From NCBI GenBank assembly GCA_020137815.1, contig CM035362.1, positions 6,262,001 through 6,326,000 on the forward strand: DNA of 64,000 nt, in the 5' to 3' direction. A program made the position numbers and the translations under genes. Positions within the stretch are counted from its first letter, which is position 1, and the number at the start of each line of letters is the position of its first letter. The notes beneath the pieces were generated by a model. The model did not search any database, was not told where the DNA came from, and saw only the letters and a list, made by a program, of their open reading frames with translations. This document shows positions 12,816 through 49,459 of this stretch, in pieces. The DNA comes from Hormiphora californensis (Eukaryota; Animalia; Ctenophora).

Positions 12816-14267
12816 ATATCCTTTGCCAAGATACTCTAGCTTCCTCATTCTATCCTGTAGTATATTATGTTCTATCCTGGGTCCATCTCGTGGATTCTAC
12901 CCTGGGTCCAATCCGTTTTTGCGGGTTATTTTTGGGGGGGATTTGCACATTAAAGAGCTGTGGCAGCTTTATTCCGGTTCAAGATCATGGTCTTTTATTT
13001 GTTTACTGGGTCTTCTGCTTTTATCATCTTCCTCTCCTCTTATCTCTCCGCTATCTTCTCTCTACCATCTCTCCTACCCGGGGCCTCACCCCACCCTTCT
13101 TTTTTCCTAAATCTCTCTTATCTCTTCTCTCTTCTCCCCTCTATCTCTATCCTTTCTCTCTCTCATTCATCCTACTCCATCTCTCCCCTATATTCAAAGC
13201 CGGAGAGGGGTATTAAATTAGATTTCCCGGTCGCCCTTAATATGCTAAGATTGCTTATTTCGCCCTCTCTGTATTTTCCAGTATACTTTTCAGTCCCCCT
13301 AAAAAGTCTTCTATATTTTAGGCTCTCAATCTTGGGCTGTATGATTTCTCCAAGTTATTTCTACTCTCATTCATCCACTACATTTGTTCGGCCCACCACC
13401 ACTGCAGCAGCAGCTATATTCTATTTTGTAACAGGAGTGTGAGAGAAGGGGGTTGATAAAGGAGCAATATAGTTAAGTAGCACAGTTCTATCTACAATCT
13501 TGTTATCTGATAATTATTGCAGTACTATAGCTCTCCATTGTTGTTATAGAATTAGCACTGCTGCACTGCCGTGACGCACCTATTTTGATTGTCTCGAAAG
13601 AGCTATGAATCGAAAACACAGCGGAACCAAACCCATCCCTACCATTTTTATTTATCGAGATTTCTCTCTCTCTTATGTGTGACGGCATTTGACGTAACAG
13701 CCAGTACTAATTCTGCACACCTGTTATTATCTATCACTTCTGAAATCTGAATTTTGCAGTTTTTTAAAGCTACAAAAGTTTGATCTGCTCTGCGCAGGTT
13801 CGAAAAGTTGATTGACGTTTTTGTCGGACATGGTAAAATCTCTGTTGATCACCCCAGTGAAGTAGTACGTGGTCGTACCATGCGTTGTATGCTTTGGACA
13901 TTGAGTAGGGGGAGACGAGAGAGAGGGAAGAGGGAGAGGAGCAGGAGAAGAGAGAGAAGAGAGAGAGGAGAGAGGGAGAGAGAGAATGAGGAGAGAGGGG
14001 AAGAGAGGGAAAGGAGGTAAGAGCAGGGGACGAGAATGAGAGGAGAGGGGGAGGGAGGGAGGACGAGAGAGGAGAGGGGAGAGAGTGAAATGGGAGAGGG
14101 AGCGAGGTGGAGCGGGGGGTGGGAGGAGAGAGAGAGAGAAGAGAGCGAGGGAAGGAGGGAAGCGAGAAGGAAAGGGGCACAGGACGGTGGGAGCCCACCG
14201 AGGCGCGAGAGCGCTCGAGCGAGAGATAGCGCGGCGGGAGAAGAGGCGATAGCGGCAGAGCCCTCGC

Positions 14268-14365
<98 letters not shown>

Positions 14366-15148
14366 AGCTGCAACTACCGCAATGTCACACACAAGCACAC
14401 ATTTGACTGTCATGGCTAATCGGCTCATGAGGTGATCGTCGTGTTGAGACCAGAGTGTGATCAATTCTGGGAATTGTTTTGAATGGTTTTAATATTACAA
14501 ATATGCGCTTTTCTCAAGATCTCCCCTAGCATATAATATTGCCCTCTTTTACTCTCTCTCTCTCCCTTAGTTAAAGTAACAAACTCTCTTGTTCTCTCAC
14601 GATCCCCCGCCCACATCTGGTGACACCCCTTTTAACAAAACCTGGTAGAACTAGAGAGTTTGTTACTGTAACTAAGAGAGAGAGAAAGAGAGGGAGGAGG
14701 TTAGACTAAACAAACACAGTTTACGCCCATAACAATTCCAACAGTTGTTACATATAATAATCGTGTGTCTAATCAGTTATTCTCACTCTCAGGTCTACAC
14801 TTCTCCGCTGCAAAGTTATTGGAGGGTATAGTAACGACTAGTAAAGCAGATTATAAACAGACTCTAGATATTGTGAGAGAGGGAGAGAGAACAAGAGAGT
14901 TTGTTACTTTAACTAAGAGAGAGAGATATTTTTCTCTTACATCAAACTGACTGAAATGTATTTTATTTTATCTCGCCTGTAGTATATTATGTGACCAGTT
15001 AAGAGTATTTTTCCCCTGATATTTGATATATATTATTGTACATTGTGTTTTGTATACTAAAGTTTTTAGCATATGTAACATTATATTTAACTTGTTTTAG
15101 TAGTGTGTTAATTAGTTACCTTACCATGTTACCCTTATAGCAAGTACA

Positions 15149-18100
15149 ATGGTAGCGAATTTAACGCGATTCAACCTTTTCGGAAACACTAAGGACAACA
15201 CTAAGGATCTTCCAGGTAATTTGACCTCATTACCTCATGTTACCATGGTAACTTGACCTCATGTTACCATGGTAACACCTCATGTTACCATGGTAACACC
15301 TCATGTTACCATGGTAACATTACCTCATGTTACCATGGTAACACCTTATGTTACCATGGTAACACCCCCCCCCCCCTCCCCGTGCGATACCTCATTTCAT
15401 GTTACTATTATCAGACTAGTATTAGATCATCAGTTTCGAAACTGATCACTTTTGTTGAACAGATTACGATCTAATAAAACTATGAAAATACTGGTCCCTG
15501 ATTGGCTGATAACCAGTCACGTGACCTAAATAACGAGCTCTGATTGGTTGTTGAACATATTACGATCTAATAAAACTATGATACCCCCCCTTTAGATCAT
15601 CAAATAGTAATTAGTAGTAACTATAGTATAAGTAGCATACTGCATTGACCCCATTACTAACCCCCCCCCCCCATAAAAAAGTCGCTTGGCAAATTCCCTC
15701 GTCGCTCGGCAATTGGTTCGGCAACAACAGGTGGTTTGCCGAGCCAGTCGCTCGGCTAATCAAGGAAGTCGCCGTGTTTTCACCGCGTTCTTACAGAAAA
15801 AGTACATTTTTTCAGCACTTTTTTTCAAAATCTCCTGCTGAAAAATACAAAGTGCTGAAAAAATGTGCTTTTTCTGTAAGAACGCGGTGAAATCACGGAG
15901 ACTTCCTTGATTAGCCGAGCGACTGGCTCGGCAAACCACCTGTTGTTGCCGAACCAATTGCCGAGCGACGAGGGAATTTGCCAAGCGACTTTTTTATGGG
16001 GGCCTCCCCTTCCTTCCCCTCCCATGACCTCATTACTAACCCTCCCCATTACTAACCCTCCCCCTCCTCCCCCATCCCATTACTAACCCTCCCCCTCTAC
16101 CCATGACCCCATTCCTCCCCCACCCCATTACTAACCCTCCCCCTCTACCCAGGCAAGACAGGATGGAAGACGACCAACACTAATGATCAGAGTCGAGGTG
16201 GTACAACTGGGGGAGCCTCAAGACACCAGGACGGCTGGGTACATGTGAACACTGGGAAGAGAACCAACACAAACAGAACTACATCCTCTTCTCTATCCTC
16301 CCCACAAACATCTTCCCTACCACCAAAATTAGAATAACCGGATACACTTATCGGGATAATTTATCTACAGTTTTTAAATACCTTAAGTAGTAAATTTTTT
16401 TAAAAATTTCAAACTTGTCCCCCTTTAAAAAATTTTTGGAACAAGTTTCCCCATTCCCCCCCTTTTTCCCCCCCTTCCCCCTTTTCCCCCCAACCCCCTT
16501 TCCCCCCCCCCCCCCCCTTAACCCCCTTCCCCCCCCCCTCCCCATTACACCCCCCTCCCCCCACCCTTTCCCCCCCCCCCCTTTCCCCGCCCCTTTTAAC
16601 CCTTTTCCCCCCCCCCTTTCTAACCTCCCCCCCCCCCCCCCCCCCAAAACCCCCTTACCCCCCTCCCTTCCCCTCCCCCATTTCCCCCCCCCCCCCTTTC
16701 CCCCCCTTCTACCCCCCCCCTTGAACAACCTTGAGAGGAGTTTCCCCCCCCCCCCCGACCCCCAAAGCTTCCCCCCCCCCCCCCCAACCCCAAAAAAACC
16801 TCCCCCCCCTCCCAACCCCTTCTAAACCCCTTTTCCCTCCCTTTTTTTTCCTGATTATACCCCTTTTCCCCCCCCCTTAGACCCCATTTCCCTTTTTTTC
16901 TCCCCCCAGGCAAACAATAAAAGACCAACCTAAACAAACTTCTACTCAACCCCCCAAACTTCCCACTAACCCCCCCCCCCCTTTCCTTTTTTTTCCCCAA
17001 AAACCAAATATTTCAAAAGGGAAAAAAATTTTTTTTGGGGGGGGGTTTTTTTTCCCTTTCCCCCCACCCTCCTCTAAACCCCCCCCCCCCTTTTTACCCT
17101 CCCAACCCCATTTTATAAACCCCCCTTGAGCGAACGGGCAACAGGAGGTGGCATGTAACCTGGGAAGAGACAATACCAATCATCCTTCTTCTTATTCCTC
17201 ATCACAATCATCTTCATCCACCAGGTAGATAAACATTCTCTTTTTAGGACGGGGGGATCTGAATTATCTCCTCCCCTCAGTCCCTCCTCTAACCCCCATC
17301 TCCTCCCCTCAGTCCCTCCTCTAACCCCCATCTCCTCCCCTCAGCCCCTAACCCCCATCTCCTCCCCTCAGCCCGCCCTCTAACCCCCCTCTCCTCTCCC
17401 CTCAGTCCCCTCTCCCTTCTACTCCCTAACCCCCATCTCTCCCCCCCCTCAGTCCCTCCATCAAGATCCCCTCAAACAACGAGTTCTACTCTCTAACCCC
17501 CATCTCCTCTCCCCTCAGTCCGTCCATCAAGATTCCCTCAAACAACGAGTTTTATTCGATACACAAACAGAAGTATAGGCATGATAACAAGGAAAACAAG
17601 AAATGGCCCAACTCTTGCAGTGATCAGTTCAGCTACTTTGGTGGATCCAGAACCAGGGGAATTAGCGAATCAGAGTACGTCATCTCCCTTTTGATCGGTG
17701 ACGTCATTACTGTGACGTCATATCTTTTGATCGGTGACGTCATTACTGTGACGTCATATCTTTTGATATGTGACGGGGGGGACGACATGTTAATTGTTAA
17801 TAAATCACCTCTTTTTTTCGATTTTGTTAATTAACGTTAATTAACAAAATTAACAAAATTAACAAATGCTAAAAGACTGTTCTTATTGGCTGATAATACG
17901 ACTTTAACTGGTTTAATTTTATAGTTTAATGACTTACCTAACAGATATATAGTACATAACGTTCTGCACGCAGTGCAAGCGCGCCATATACGCTCTGCAC
18001 TGCAGAGCGTATATGGAGGTGAAATGCACGACAGCGGAGCTGGAGTGCATTTCACACCTATATTGCACGAGTGTAACGAGTGCGATATAGGAGCGCTTGC

Positions 18101-19683
18101 ACATGCCGTGCAGGACGTTATTGAGTATATATTCCGCGAGAAAACACATGACAAGCAAAACAATCATAATTTTGGGTGATTACACACACAGAGATGTGAC
18201 AAAACAAGGTACAAACTAAGCAAAACTACACAAAAATACACTCCTACACCTCTTACACACAAGGAACACAAGGTCTGATAGTTTGAAACAGTGAAAAGAA
18301 GAGAGAGAGATATAGAGAGAGATGCGAGAGAGGGAGATTGGAATTCTTGGAAATAGCAAACAACAAAACGTGATAAGGGGATAATTAGTGAGAGAAAGAG
18401 GGAGAGTGAGTGTAATTTGACAGACTTTGTGTCGTGTAGTACCTTGTCAGTCATATTCTGTGTGTTTGTGTGTGATTAGGGTGTAAAAACACTTTTCTCA
18501 CTTATATCCCGCTACCTCTATATCTGCACGCTCCCGCGGAAGCACAGTGCATATTTCAGCGTGCAAATGGTCGCGCACAGCGGGAGTGATATGTGCACTC
18601 GCGGTATATATATACCCAAACAAGGCCTTTTCCGATAACCAAAGTCCGACATACAGGTTTTTTGGCTCAAAACGGATAAAAATAAAAAAGTTACAAGTAT
18701 TTCTATTTAGCGTATAAAATCTCACTTTAACGCAATTTTTTCATTGGTAATCGATTCTTTGGACTTAATAAAATGATATACAACGTTTTTGTTGAAAAAA
18801 GAAATGAAATTTTTCCAAAATTAATTTTTTGGTCAAAGATTGAAAATTTGCTTCGCTACAAATCCTTGTGGTTTTTTAGAAAAATATATTTTTGGGATAT
18901 TTTTTGTTTTAAGGTAAATTCATGAGTCTTATTTAGTTTTTAGGGTTGGAAAATATGGATTTGGGTCATTTGACTTCAATTGCGGTTTAGTTTGGCTAGT
19001 TTTTATTAAAATTTACACAATGGAACAAATCGCTGTAAAAAAGCCGTAGTAGAGGTAGTGGTGGTATTTAAATCGTGCAGAAGGAACAACCTTGCTCGCA
19101 GAATAAGTGTTAAATACCAAAAATACGTGCAAAAGGGGATTTAGATGGCATAAATGGCATTTGTTAACGTTTGTTAACTTTTTGTTAATTTTGTTAATAA
19201 ATCACCTGTTTTCTCGATGTTAATATTAACAAAGTTAACAAAATTAACATGTCGCACCCCCCATGTGACGTCATTACTGTGTGACGTCATCCCTTTTTAA
19301 TATGTGAATAGACCATATCTTTTAGGGGGGGGGGGCTCTTTTATCCCCCTTCTATTAAAACACGGTTATGACCCCCAATGGGGCGTCCCCCACTCCTCGC
19401 TCTCCAGTCTCCACTAAATCTAACCCCTCTCTCCCCCTGTTCAGTACCCCCCCCCCCCCCAACTAACCCCCACTCTCCCTCTATAAACCCATGACTAACC
19501 CCCACTCTCCCTCCCTTCAGTACACGAGGCCGATCGAAAACCACATCAGGAAACTACTACGCCAGTTCCACCTCATCAACATCAAGTTCATACAGCAGTT
19601 CAAGGAACAGGAGCCCGGGGGAGAGACTGAGGGAGACTCAGGGTGACGTGCTTATGGATTGGGTTAGCAAGATGGACTTGTGA
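15149..19683 (+). CDS. Orphan Ser/Thr-rich, probably disordered protein; exons 15149-15215, 16153-~16326 (end garbled), 17519-17674, 19521-19683
   Basis: Canonical AG/GT sites. Phases fit where readable (exon 2 donor not resolvable). Protein: MVANLTRFNLFG...GKTGWKTT...PSIKIPSNNEFYSIHKQKY...DTRGRSK...WVSKMDL*. The frame of exon 3 is independently supported by an upstream duplicate differing only at 5 synonymous sites. Confidence 0.55.
15669..16002. mobile_element. Foldback/palindromic MITE
   Basis: CCCCATAAAAAAGTCGCTTGGCAAATTCCCTCG... and its reverse complement form arms of roughly 150 bp. Confidence 0.8.
17776..19262. mobile_element. Non-autonomous DNA transposon, GG termini, 8-bp TSD (Merlin/hAT-like)
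   Basis: TIR GGGGGG(A/TG)CGACATGTTAATT; TSD ATGTGACG at 17768-17775 and 19263-19270. Confidence 0.75.
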
Positions 19684-19995
19684 AGAGAGAGAGAGAGACT
19701 CTTGAGAAGTTGAATTGTTTCAGAGAGGATTGAGGGATGGGGGCGGGTCCCCCACAACTTGACCCTCTTGTGTTATCACGTGTTATCACGTGTTATCACG
19801 TGTGTGGGCTGCATGTGTGGAGCTACACGTGTTGATCGCGTGTTTCATTGCACCTCACTCAGCCCAGCGTGCACGCGTAACACGCAATAAGAGTAAACAG
19901 AGAAAAACAGAAAGACAATAATTGATCGAGGATCCAATCCAATGTGTGTGTAGTCATGCAGTTACCATGGTTACTAGTACCACAAGGTTGCCATG

Positions 19996-20203
19996 GCAAT
20001 AGTTACCACTATTTGGTTACCTCATGGTTACCATGGTTACCACTATTTGGTTACCTCATGGTTACCATGGTTACCATGGTTACCACTATTTGGTTACCTC
20101 ATGGTTACCATGGTTACCACTATTTGGTTACCTCATGGTTACCATGGTTACCACTATTTGGTTACCTCATGGTTACCATGGTTACCACTATTTGGTTACC
20201 TCC
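19996..20203. repeat. GTTACCATG-based minisatellite
   Basis: Tandem TTACCACTATTTGGTTACCTCATGG(TTACCATGG)n; a related array lies at 20617-20925. Confidence 0.9.
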
Positions 20204-21298
20204 TCGTGTGATCCATATTTGTGACGTATCAAATGCAGCGTCATGCACAAGAGTTTTGTTTTGTGAAAAAAGAAAATTGATAAATTTATTATTATCGTAC
20301 CAATTAAGAGTCATTATTGACAGAGAGTTGAAAGATTTGATTGTTAAAGCTTCTTTAATCGTTGCAGGTTTTGTTCAAACCTTATGAACAATTCAACATT
20401 GCACCTCACAGTAATGTTTTATTTTTACTGCAATAATATAGAGAGAATATGATACCGCAGTTGTGACATCACTGTCAGAGCATTGGCAGTGTGATCACTA
20501 ATTTCTGTGATATATTTTGCAGACATTTTCCCGTTTTTAATTGTTTCGCCAGTTCATAAAAAAAGCGTGTCTTTATTTTTCAATAATTTGATGGGAAAAA
20601 CTATATATCGGATAATGTTACCATGGTTAATCCTGTCTGGTTACCATGGTTAATCCTGTGTGGTTACCATGGTTAACCATGTGTATTGTGTGGTTACCAT
20701 GAGTGGTTACCATGGTTAACCATGTGTGGTTACTATGGCCTAGTAACCATGAGTGGTTACTATGGTAACCATGAGTGGTTACTATGGTAACCATGCGTGA
20801 ACCACTGTCTGGTTACCATCGTTAACCCATGTGTGGTTACCATGGTTAACACTGTGTGGTTACCATGGTGTGCATTGTGTGGTTCCCATGGTTAACAAGT
20901 TTCTAGTTACCATGGTTACCATGTGTATGCATGGCTAACTTTGTGTAACATACTTACTGCAATTACTATGGCTCACAACAGCTGTACTACATTATAAAAT
21001 AAACAAATCTTCAAAACCCCGTTTTAATTCATCTCCTTCACACGTGTGCAGAACAATACAACTTCACACGTCAAGCTGTTACGTTCTGTTCACTAATTAT
21101 AGTAATTAAAATTATTTAATTGGCGAGTCTGAGTGTGGGTACTATAAGAGAGCTGTATTTCTTGCTGATCTGAGTGAATTGAGAGTTGTGTGAGCTATGT
21201 AACTACACGTGTTCTGCTTTTTTAGGAGAGAAAAAGGCCGGATTTTCCAAGAAACTCTCGAAATATTTTATTTTTTGATATGAGCAAAATAAATAATA

Positions 21299-22219
21299 TT
21301 AGGTCATTCCATAAAGAATTTCGTGTCCCGATATCTTGGGACCTATAAGAGATAGAGACTTCTACTTAGTTTTAACTTGTTCAATGGACGATTCTCTTCC
21401 TGGAAACATGTTTGGAATAGTATACGACCATTTGAAGTGCTCGAAATTTGGTGCTATGACACCGGAAGTCGTGCTGCCGCTGCACGGGGTTCCCAGAGTT
21501 TTTCAAACGCCGCTGGAACAGAGCCTGTACACATTTTTTACTTTCTACAGTGCTCAATCGATAGCCCATCGTCTAAGGATGAGATATATATGTGATTTGG
21601 GTCTCGACGCGTTGCCTAAAAACCTCTAGGACAGTAAATGTAACATCAAAAATCGAAAAAGTGCAAAATCTGACCTCAATTTTCGGCCTTTTTTGGGGGT
21701 ATGTTCGAAAACGTCAGTTAGTCACTTTTATATGTTGACAAATCAAATAATTGGCTTCACTATGGCATAGAACTTACTTAGAGCTATCTTTTACTGCAAA
21801 GTTTTTGATTATAAGCCACTCCTATGAGACGTGAAAGGACCCGGAAGTGAAATTTTCCAATTTTTACCAAAATTTTTTGGAGGCCCATTGCTCAGCCGTG
21901 AATAAAGCTAGTATCTTCTAATACGTCTTAAACGAAAGAGAATTGTTTAATAAACAAGCTTGATGCAACCAAACATCCCACAAATACAATATTTAAGAAG
22001 TACAGCAGTTTCAGTACTATGCGCGTTTTCCCCGTGCAGCGGCAATTTGAGGTCAATTTTTTCCGGGTTCGCCGAGAGCCACCCCTGATCAAAAATTTCA
22101 AAATAACTGCTTTTGTGAGTAGTCAAGAGCTCAATTGACAAGCTAGAAAAGGGTCTATGTGAATATCTTGAGTACTTTCGAAAATATCGGGACACGAAAT
22201 TCTTTATGGAACGACCTAA
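21299..22219. mobile_element. Tc1/mariner-type non-autonomous element (TA TSD)
   Basis: ~36-bp TIR TTAGGTC(A/G)TTCCATAAAGAATTTCGTGTCCCGATAT flanked by TA. Confidence 0.75.
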
Positions 22220-22403
22220 TAAGATAAATTGGAAAACGTCCGATCTCTTTCTATACACATGTTTTTCCGGAGTGTAAAATAAGGAGTTATATTATCTCTG
22301 CAAAGTGTTAAATACCTCTCTCTCAATAAACATTCTCTTGAACAACAACCAAAACCAAGGTGTTTTTATCTTTGTACAATCCGGGAATCAGAAGGGTGGG
22401 GGA

Positions 22404-22818
22404 GTACACTGTATTGTATGTGTACATGTACACACTGTATTGTAGTTGTACATGTCCACACTGTATTGTATTTGTACATGTACACACTGTATTGTATTTG
22501 TACATGTACACACTGTATTGTATTTGTACATGTACACACTGTATTGTATTTGTACATGTCCACACTGTATTGTATTTGTACATGTACACACTGTATTGTA
22601 TTTGTACATGTACACACTGTATTGTATTTGTACATGTACACACTGTATTGTATTTGTACATGTACAGTGTACACACTGTATTGTATTTGTACATGTACAC
22701 ACTGTATTGTATTTGTACATGTACACACTGTATTGTATTTGTACATGTACACACTGTATTGTATTTGTACATGTACACACTGTATTGTATTTGTACATGT
22801 ACACACTGTATTGTATTG
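22404..22818. repeat. 26-bp minisatellite (CATGTACACACTGTATTGTATTTGTA)n
   Basis: About 15 tandem units. Confidence 0.95.
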
Positions 22819-23239
22819 TGTTGTTTGAGTAGATCTCCTATTACTACTGAACATGTAATTGAAGTACAATACCAGCTCCCATTGTATTTGTGTATCCATG
22901 GCAACAGTAACTTCCATTGTATTTGTGTATCTATGGCTCATACAGTAAATCATGATCCCTCTTTTAGATTTTATGGACCCCCAACAGTAAACCAAATTTA
23001 ATGAGTGGCATGTAATATAGTGTATCAATACTTCATCATGAAGTTCATGACATGTTACAGATAGTTAAAGGACGCCATGCCAGAAATTAGGGAAATACAT
23101 ACAAATTGGTGCTCGCTTATTGATAATTGCCAGATTGCTGGAAACCCAGCTCATGTGTACAGTACTGTACTCAGCTCAGACATTTTGTGTATTTAGTACT
23201 TTCAACTGCACTAATGACATATGTTATGTGACCGATCAA

Positions 23240-28563
<5,324 letters not shown>

Positions 28564-28731
28564 CTGGATACTCCCCTCCTTCCATACCTCGAATAGTCAC
28601 TGGATATAACTCTGATCGTCCTACTGAAACCTTCTCACCAACTGAAACTGACCAGGCAGCAAGCCCTTTACTAGATAATCTAGGTGCGGAACAAGCACGC
28701 TTCAAACCTGCACTTTGATCTTCACCCGTGT

Positions 28732-29083
28732 CTGACTGTGGTCTGGAAACCCCCCTACTATACACGGAGCTTTTCTGAATCAATATCTTTTCGAGACGAA
28801 TCCAACGCAACTGGAATTAGCTTTCTATATTATCGGAAGTTTGGGCTTGAGCCCCTTCAATTTTAGTCATTTTTCGGTGCGCGAGCCAATCAGAGGCCTT
28901 TATTTCGAAATCTAGGCCTCTGATTGGCTTGCGCATCGAAAAACGACCAAAAATGAAGGGGCTCAAGCCCAATCTTCCCGATAAGATATTAAAATAGAAA
29001 GCTAATTCCAGTTGCGTTCGATTCGTCTCGAAAAGGTGATTCAGAAAAGCTCCGTGCTCCTAGGGGGTTTCAGACGACAGTCA
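28732..29083. mobile_element. Palindromic MITE
   Basis: TGACTGTGGTCTGGAAACCCCC...GGGGGTTTCAGACGACAGTCA with long imperfect inverted arms; an end fragment also lies at ~24804-24826. Confidence 0.7.
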
Positions 29084-29444
29084 GTGACGTACCCGTAAAT
29101 CGACCGAATTTAGAATCTAGATATTGCACTTTTTTACAACCCGGGCACAAGATCATTCAACTTGGTCAAGAAATGGCCAAGAAATGGCAAAAATGTGAAG
29201 AAATGTGCGTGCTACAATGTTCTGGCATTAGTCTCAGTTTAAAGATAGTCCCAGCAGCTGAAAACATATTCATTCAAAATTCTTCATTAATCATCGTCAA
29301 ATCCAAGTTAATTACAATTGCAATGAATGAACTGAGACAACTGATATTCCCAGACTAATCCACCACCCCCCCCCCCCCAGACTACTAATCCACCCCACCC
29401 CCCCCCCCCCCCCCACTACTAATCCCCACCCCCCATTGTTTCAG

Positions 29445-46580
<17,136 letters not shown>

Positions 46581-46835
46581 ACCATGGTTACCATGGTTTC
46601 CACATGTGGTTATCTGATTGGTTACCATGGTTACCACATGTGGTTATCTGAATGGTTGTGTTGATAAAGGAGCACTGGAAATTGTTAGATGTTCTAACCC
46701 TTGAAACAGACCCGAGCAAGGCATGATCTGAACAGTGAAATGAAATAATCTAGTGGACTGAATTTATTGCTCATAAATCTTTTAAATTATTTGACGTTGA
46801 GAGACCACGAAGCAAAGGGGAACCACATACTTTAG

Positions 46836-48194
46836 GGCAGGTGCACAGTTGCTCGACAGTCTATTTCTGGCTGCTATTTCTGGCTGCTATTTCTGGCTGC
46901 TATTTCTGGCTGCTAGACCTATTTCTGGCTGCAAGACCTATTTCTGGCTGCAAGACCTATTTCTGGCTGCAAGCAGCCAGAAATAGATTTAGCAGCCAGA
47001 AATAGGGTTTCTCTCACGTGATCTCTCTATCTCTGTATGGGATACGAGAGACGAATCGGTGAAGTGATTTGGTATCTGTAAGTTGTAACTGTAATTGGGT
47101 ATGGGATACGGGAGACGAATCGGTGAAATGATTCGGTATCTGCAACTAATTTGGTATGGGATATGGGAAACGAATCGGTGAAGTGATTCGGTATCTGCAA
47201 CTAATTGGGTATGGGATATGAGGGGCACCTCTTTTGTTTTACCGGTCCCCTAGCTCCCAACTTGAAATTTACGCCATCGAATATGTGTTATGACACCCAT
47301 TGCCTCAAATCACCAATAAACTGATCTCATATCACGCTGTGTAATATGTCGGGATAGCATAACCGATAAACAGATCTCTTATCGTGTAACTTTTCATGCC
47401 TCGTGTCACAAACAAGGTGGGTGGGACCCATTATGACAATCCATTATAAAAGGCCAAATTTTTGACGTCAAGGCATCGCAATCAATTATGCCGCCACCGG
47501 ACAGTTCCTATACCTTCTCTCCCACGAAACGACAAAACCACGAACACTCCTTGATCGGGGACCGGACAACATCGAGGAGGAGCCTCGACATTTGCTCCCT
47601 CTGTATGGAGGGAAGACACCAGCTTCAGGCCTGCCCTCTGAACAGGCCCACATCTCCGCTCCGGATCCTGCGGCGTTTCAACCTGTGTGCCTGCCGGGAG
47701 GTATCGAGGACCGCAAACCTGGATCCGAATACGCACCATAGTGGACCAGTTCCTATGCGACCACCATCTTCCTCGCCAACACGTCCAGCAGCAGTGCCCG
47801 ACTGAGGACAACACCATACTCGATCTGCGACTAATTTGGCAGGTCCCGTATCCCATACCCAATTAGTTGCAGATACCGAATCATTTCACCGATTCGTGTC
47901 CCGTACCCCAAACCCAATTAGTTGCAGATACCGAATTACTTCACCGATTCGTCTCTCGTATCCCATACAGAGATAGAGAGATCACGTGAGAGAAACCCTA
48001 TTTCTGGCTGCTAAAATCTATTTCTGGCTGCTAAATCTATTTCTGGATGCTTGCAGCCAGAAATAGGTCTTGCAGCCAGAAATAGGTCTTGCAGCCAGAA
48101 ATAGCAGCCAGAAATAGCAGCCAGAAATAGCAGCCAGAAATAGCAGCCAGAAATAGCAGCCAGAAATAGACTGTCGAGCAACTGTGCACCTGCC
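46836..48194. mobile_element. Merlin-like non-autonomous element with long internally repetitive TIRs and an internal ORF
   Basis: GGCAGGTGCACAGTTGCTCGACAG termini; ~350-380 bp inverted arms with (CTATTTCTGGCTG)n; TSD TACTTTAG at 46828-46835 and 48195-48202. Confidence 0.85.
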
Positions 48195-49204
48195 TACTTT
48201 AGTACGGTGTTGGCCACATTGATACCTGAGTGAGATCGACGTCGCGTGCGACTGTGATCGATCTCACGGAGCGAGAATAAGTTGCAATGGAGCCAAAGTA
48301 CGGTGCTGTCTGTGGTCCCCCTTTAAAATATGGTGCCGATTGGCGAGTAACTTCTTTTTTCAGGTTTCTTTAAGTTTATTTGTTATGGAGGGAACATAGA
48401 AACTTGTAATGCTCTCTATATTTGAACTTTTACTTATAAAAATTAGCGTTTTCTGCAGTTTTCTTTCCAGTTTCACATTTATTTCTGAAATTTCTGAAGG
48501 CGATTTGTGATCTCGGAGATCTGAGGGTTCAAAATCGAAGCCTGCTGCAGATATCCCGAAGCTGCAGATATCCCAGAGCGATGTTACCGATTTCAAGGAG
48601 TATCCGTCACTGAACCCTGAGATCTCAGATTTCAGCTGTCAGAGCATCGGCCTGACCCTATTCTCATTTCTCTCAGTTCTGCACGCGGAGCGCGCGATAA
48701 CTGTCATGGTCAGAGCATTGGCCTGACAGGATTTCAGTGGTAAACAGCCGTAAAAAGGCACACTTGACCTGAGGTTCAGGCACGGCTGTTTTTCCCCATT
48801 ACTGCCAGTGTGTCTATGTAAACTGATCTGCAATCATCAGAAGTCTCTTCTTCTATAATTCGGGTTGTAGGCCAGTCATATTAATATGATGCACGAAAGA
48901 AAAAACAATTGATCTAGGTCACTCCAATTATAGGTCCCTGGAACCACCAAAAAATTTGACACTTTTCATCAAATGACCAAATGTGGTTTTTGGGCCACGC
49001 CCTTTTAGCTGTATTTTCAGTCATGTGTTCAAAAATGTAAATCGTCCGTTAGAATAGGTGTAGAGAAAAATATACTGTAGCGTCCTCGCATTAATGGGGG
49101 TAGGTGCCGGAATCTTACCGTTGACATAATTGTGTCCATAATGTCACCAAGGGGTTACCGAATTGGATGGGAACCCTGGTGCCATTTTTACATGTGGTAC
49201 TAAT

Positions 49205-49288
<84 letters not shown>

Positions 49289-49412
49289 CAGAGTATTGGT
49301 TGATCTACGTAAGGGATCAAGAGAAACATCTTCCAGTAAATATTATCATGGCGGCACTGACACCGCCCTCTCAGAAGCTTCAATTCCCATGCGTCAAGCT
49401 CCATAAAGTTAA

Positions 49413-49459
49413 CCAATCACATGCCAGTATTATAACCACGTGACCTGCTGTGGACCAAT
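49413..49459 (+). promoter_or_regulatory. CCAAT-N19-CACGTG-N12-CCAAT candidate promoter module
   Basis: CCAAT 49413-17, E-box 49437-42, CCAAT 49455-59, about 200 bp upstream of the ATG at 49653. Confidence 0.5.

Noticed and set aside
9500-14300. ORFs and odd low-complexity sequence (also 6700-7660 and 16330-17130)
   Set aside because: Homopolymer-rich, garbled text with degraded copies of neighbouring sequence; looks like unpolished read-level sequence, so ORFs are unreliable.
22323-23028. Cys/His/Tyr-rich ORFs on both strands
   Set aside because: Translation of a 26-bp minisatellite.
29173-29358. ORF containing MCVLQCSG as the first ASNS exon (Ntn Cys)
   Set aside because: No convincing phase-1 donor links it to exon 29445 and no similarity to MCGI beyond MC.
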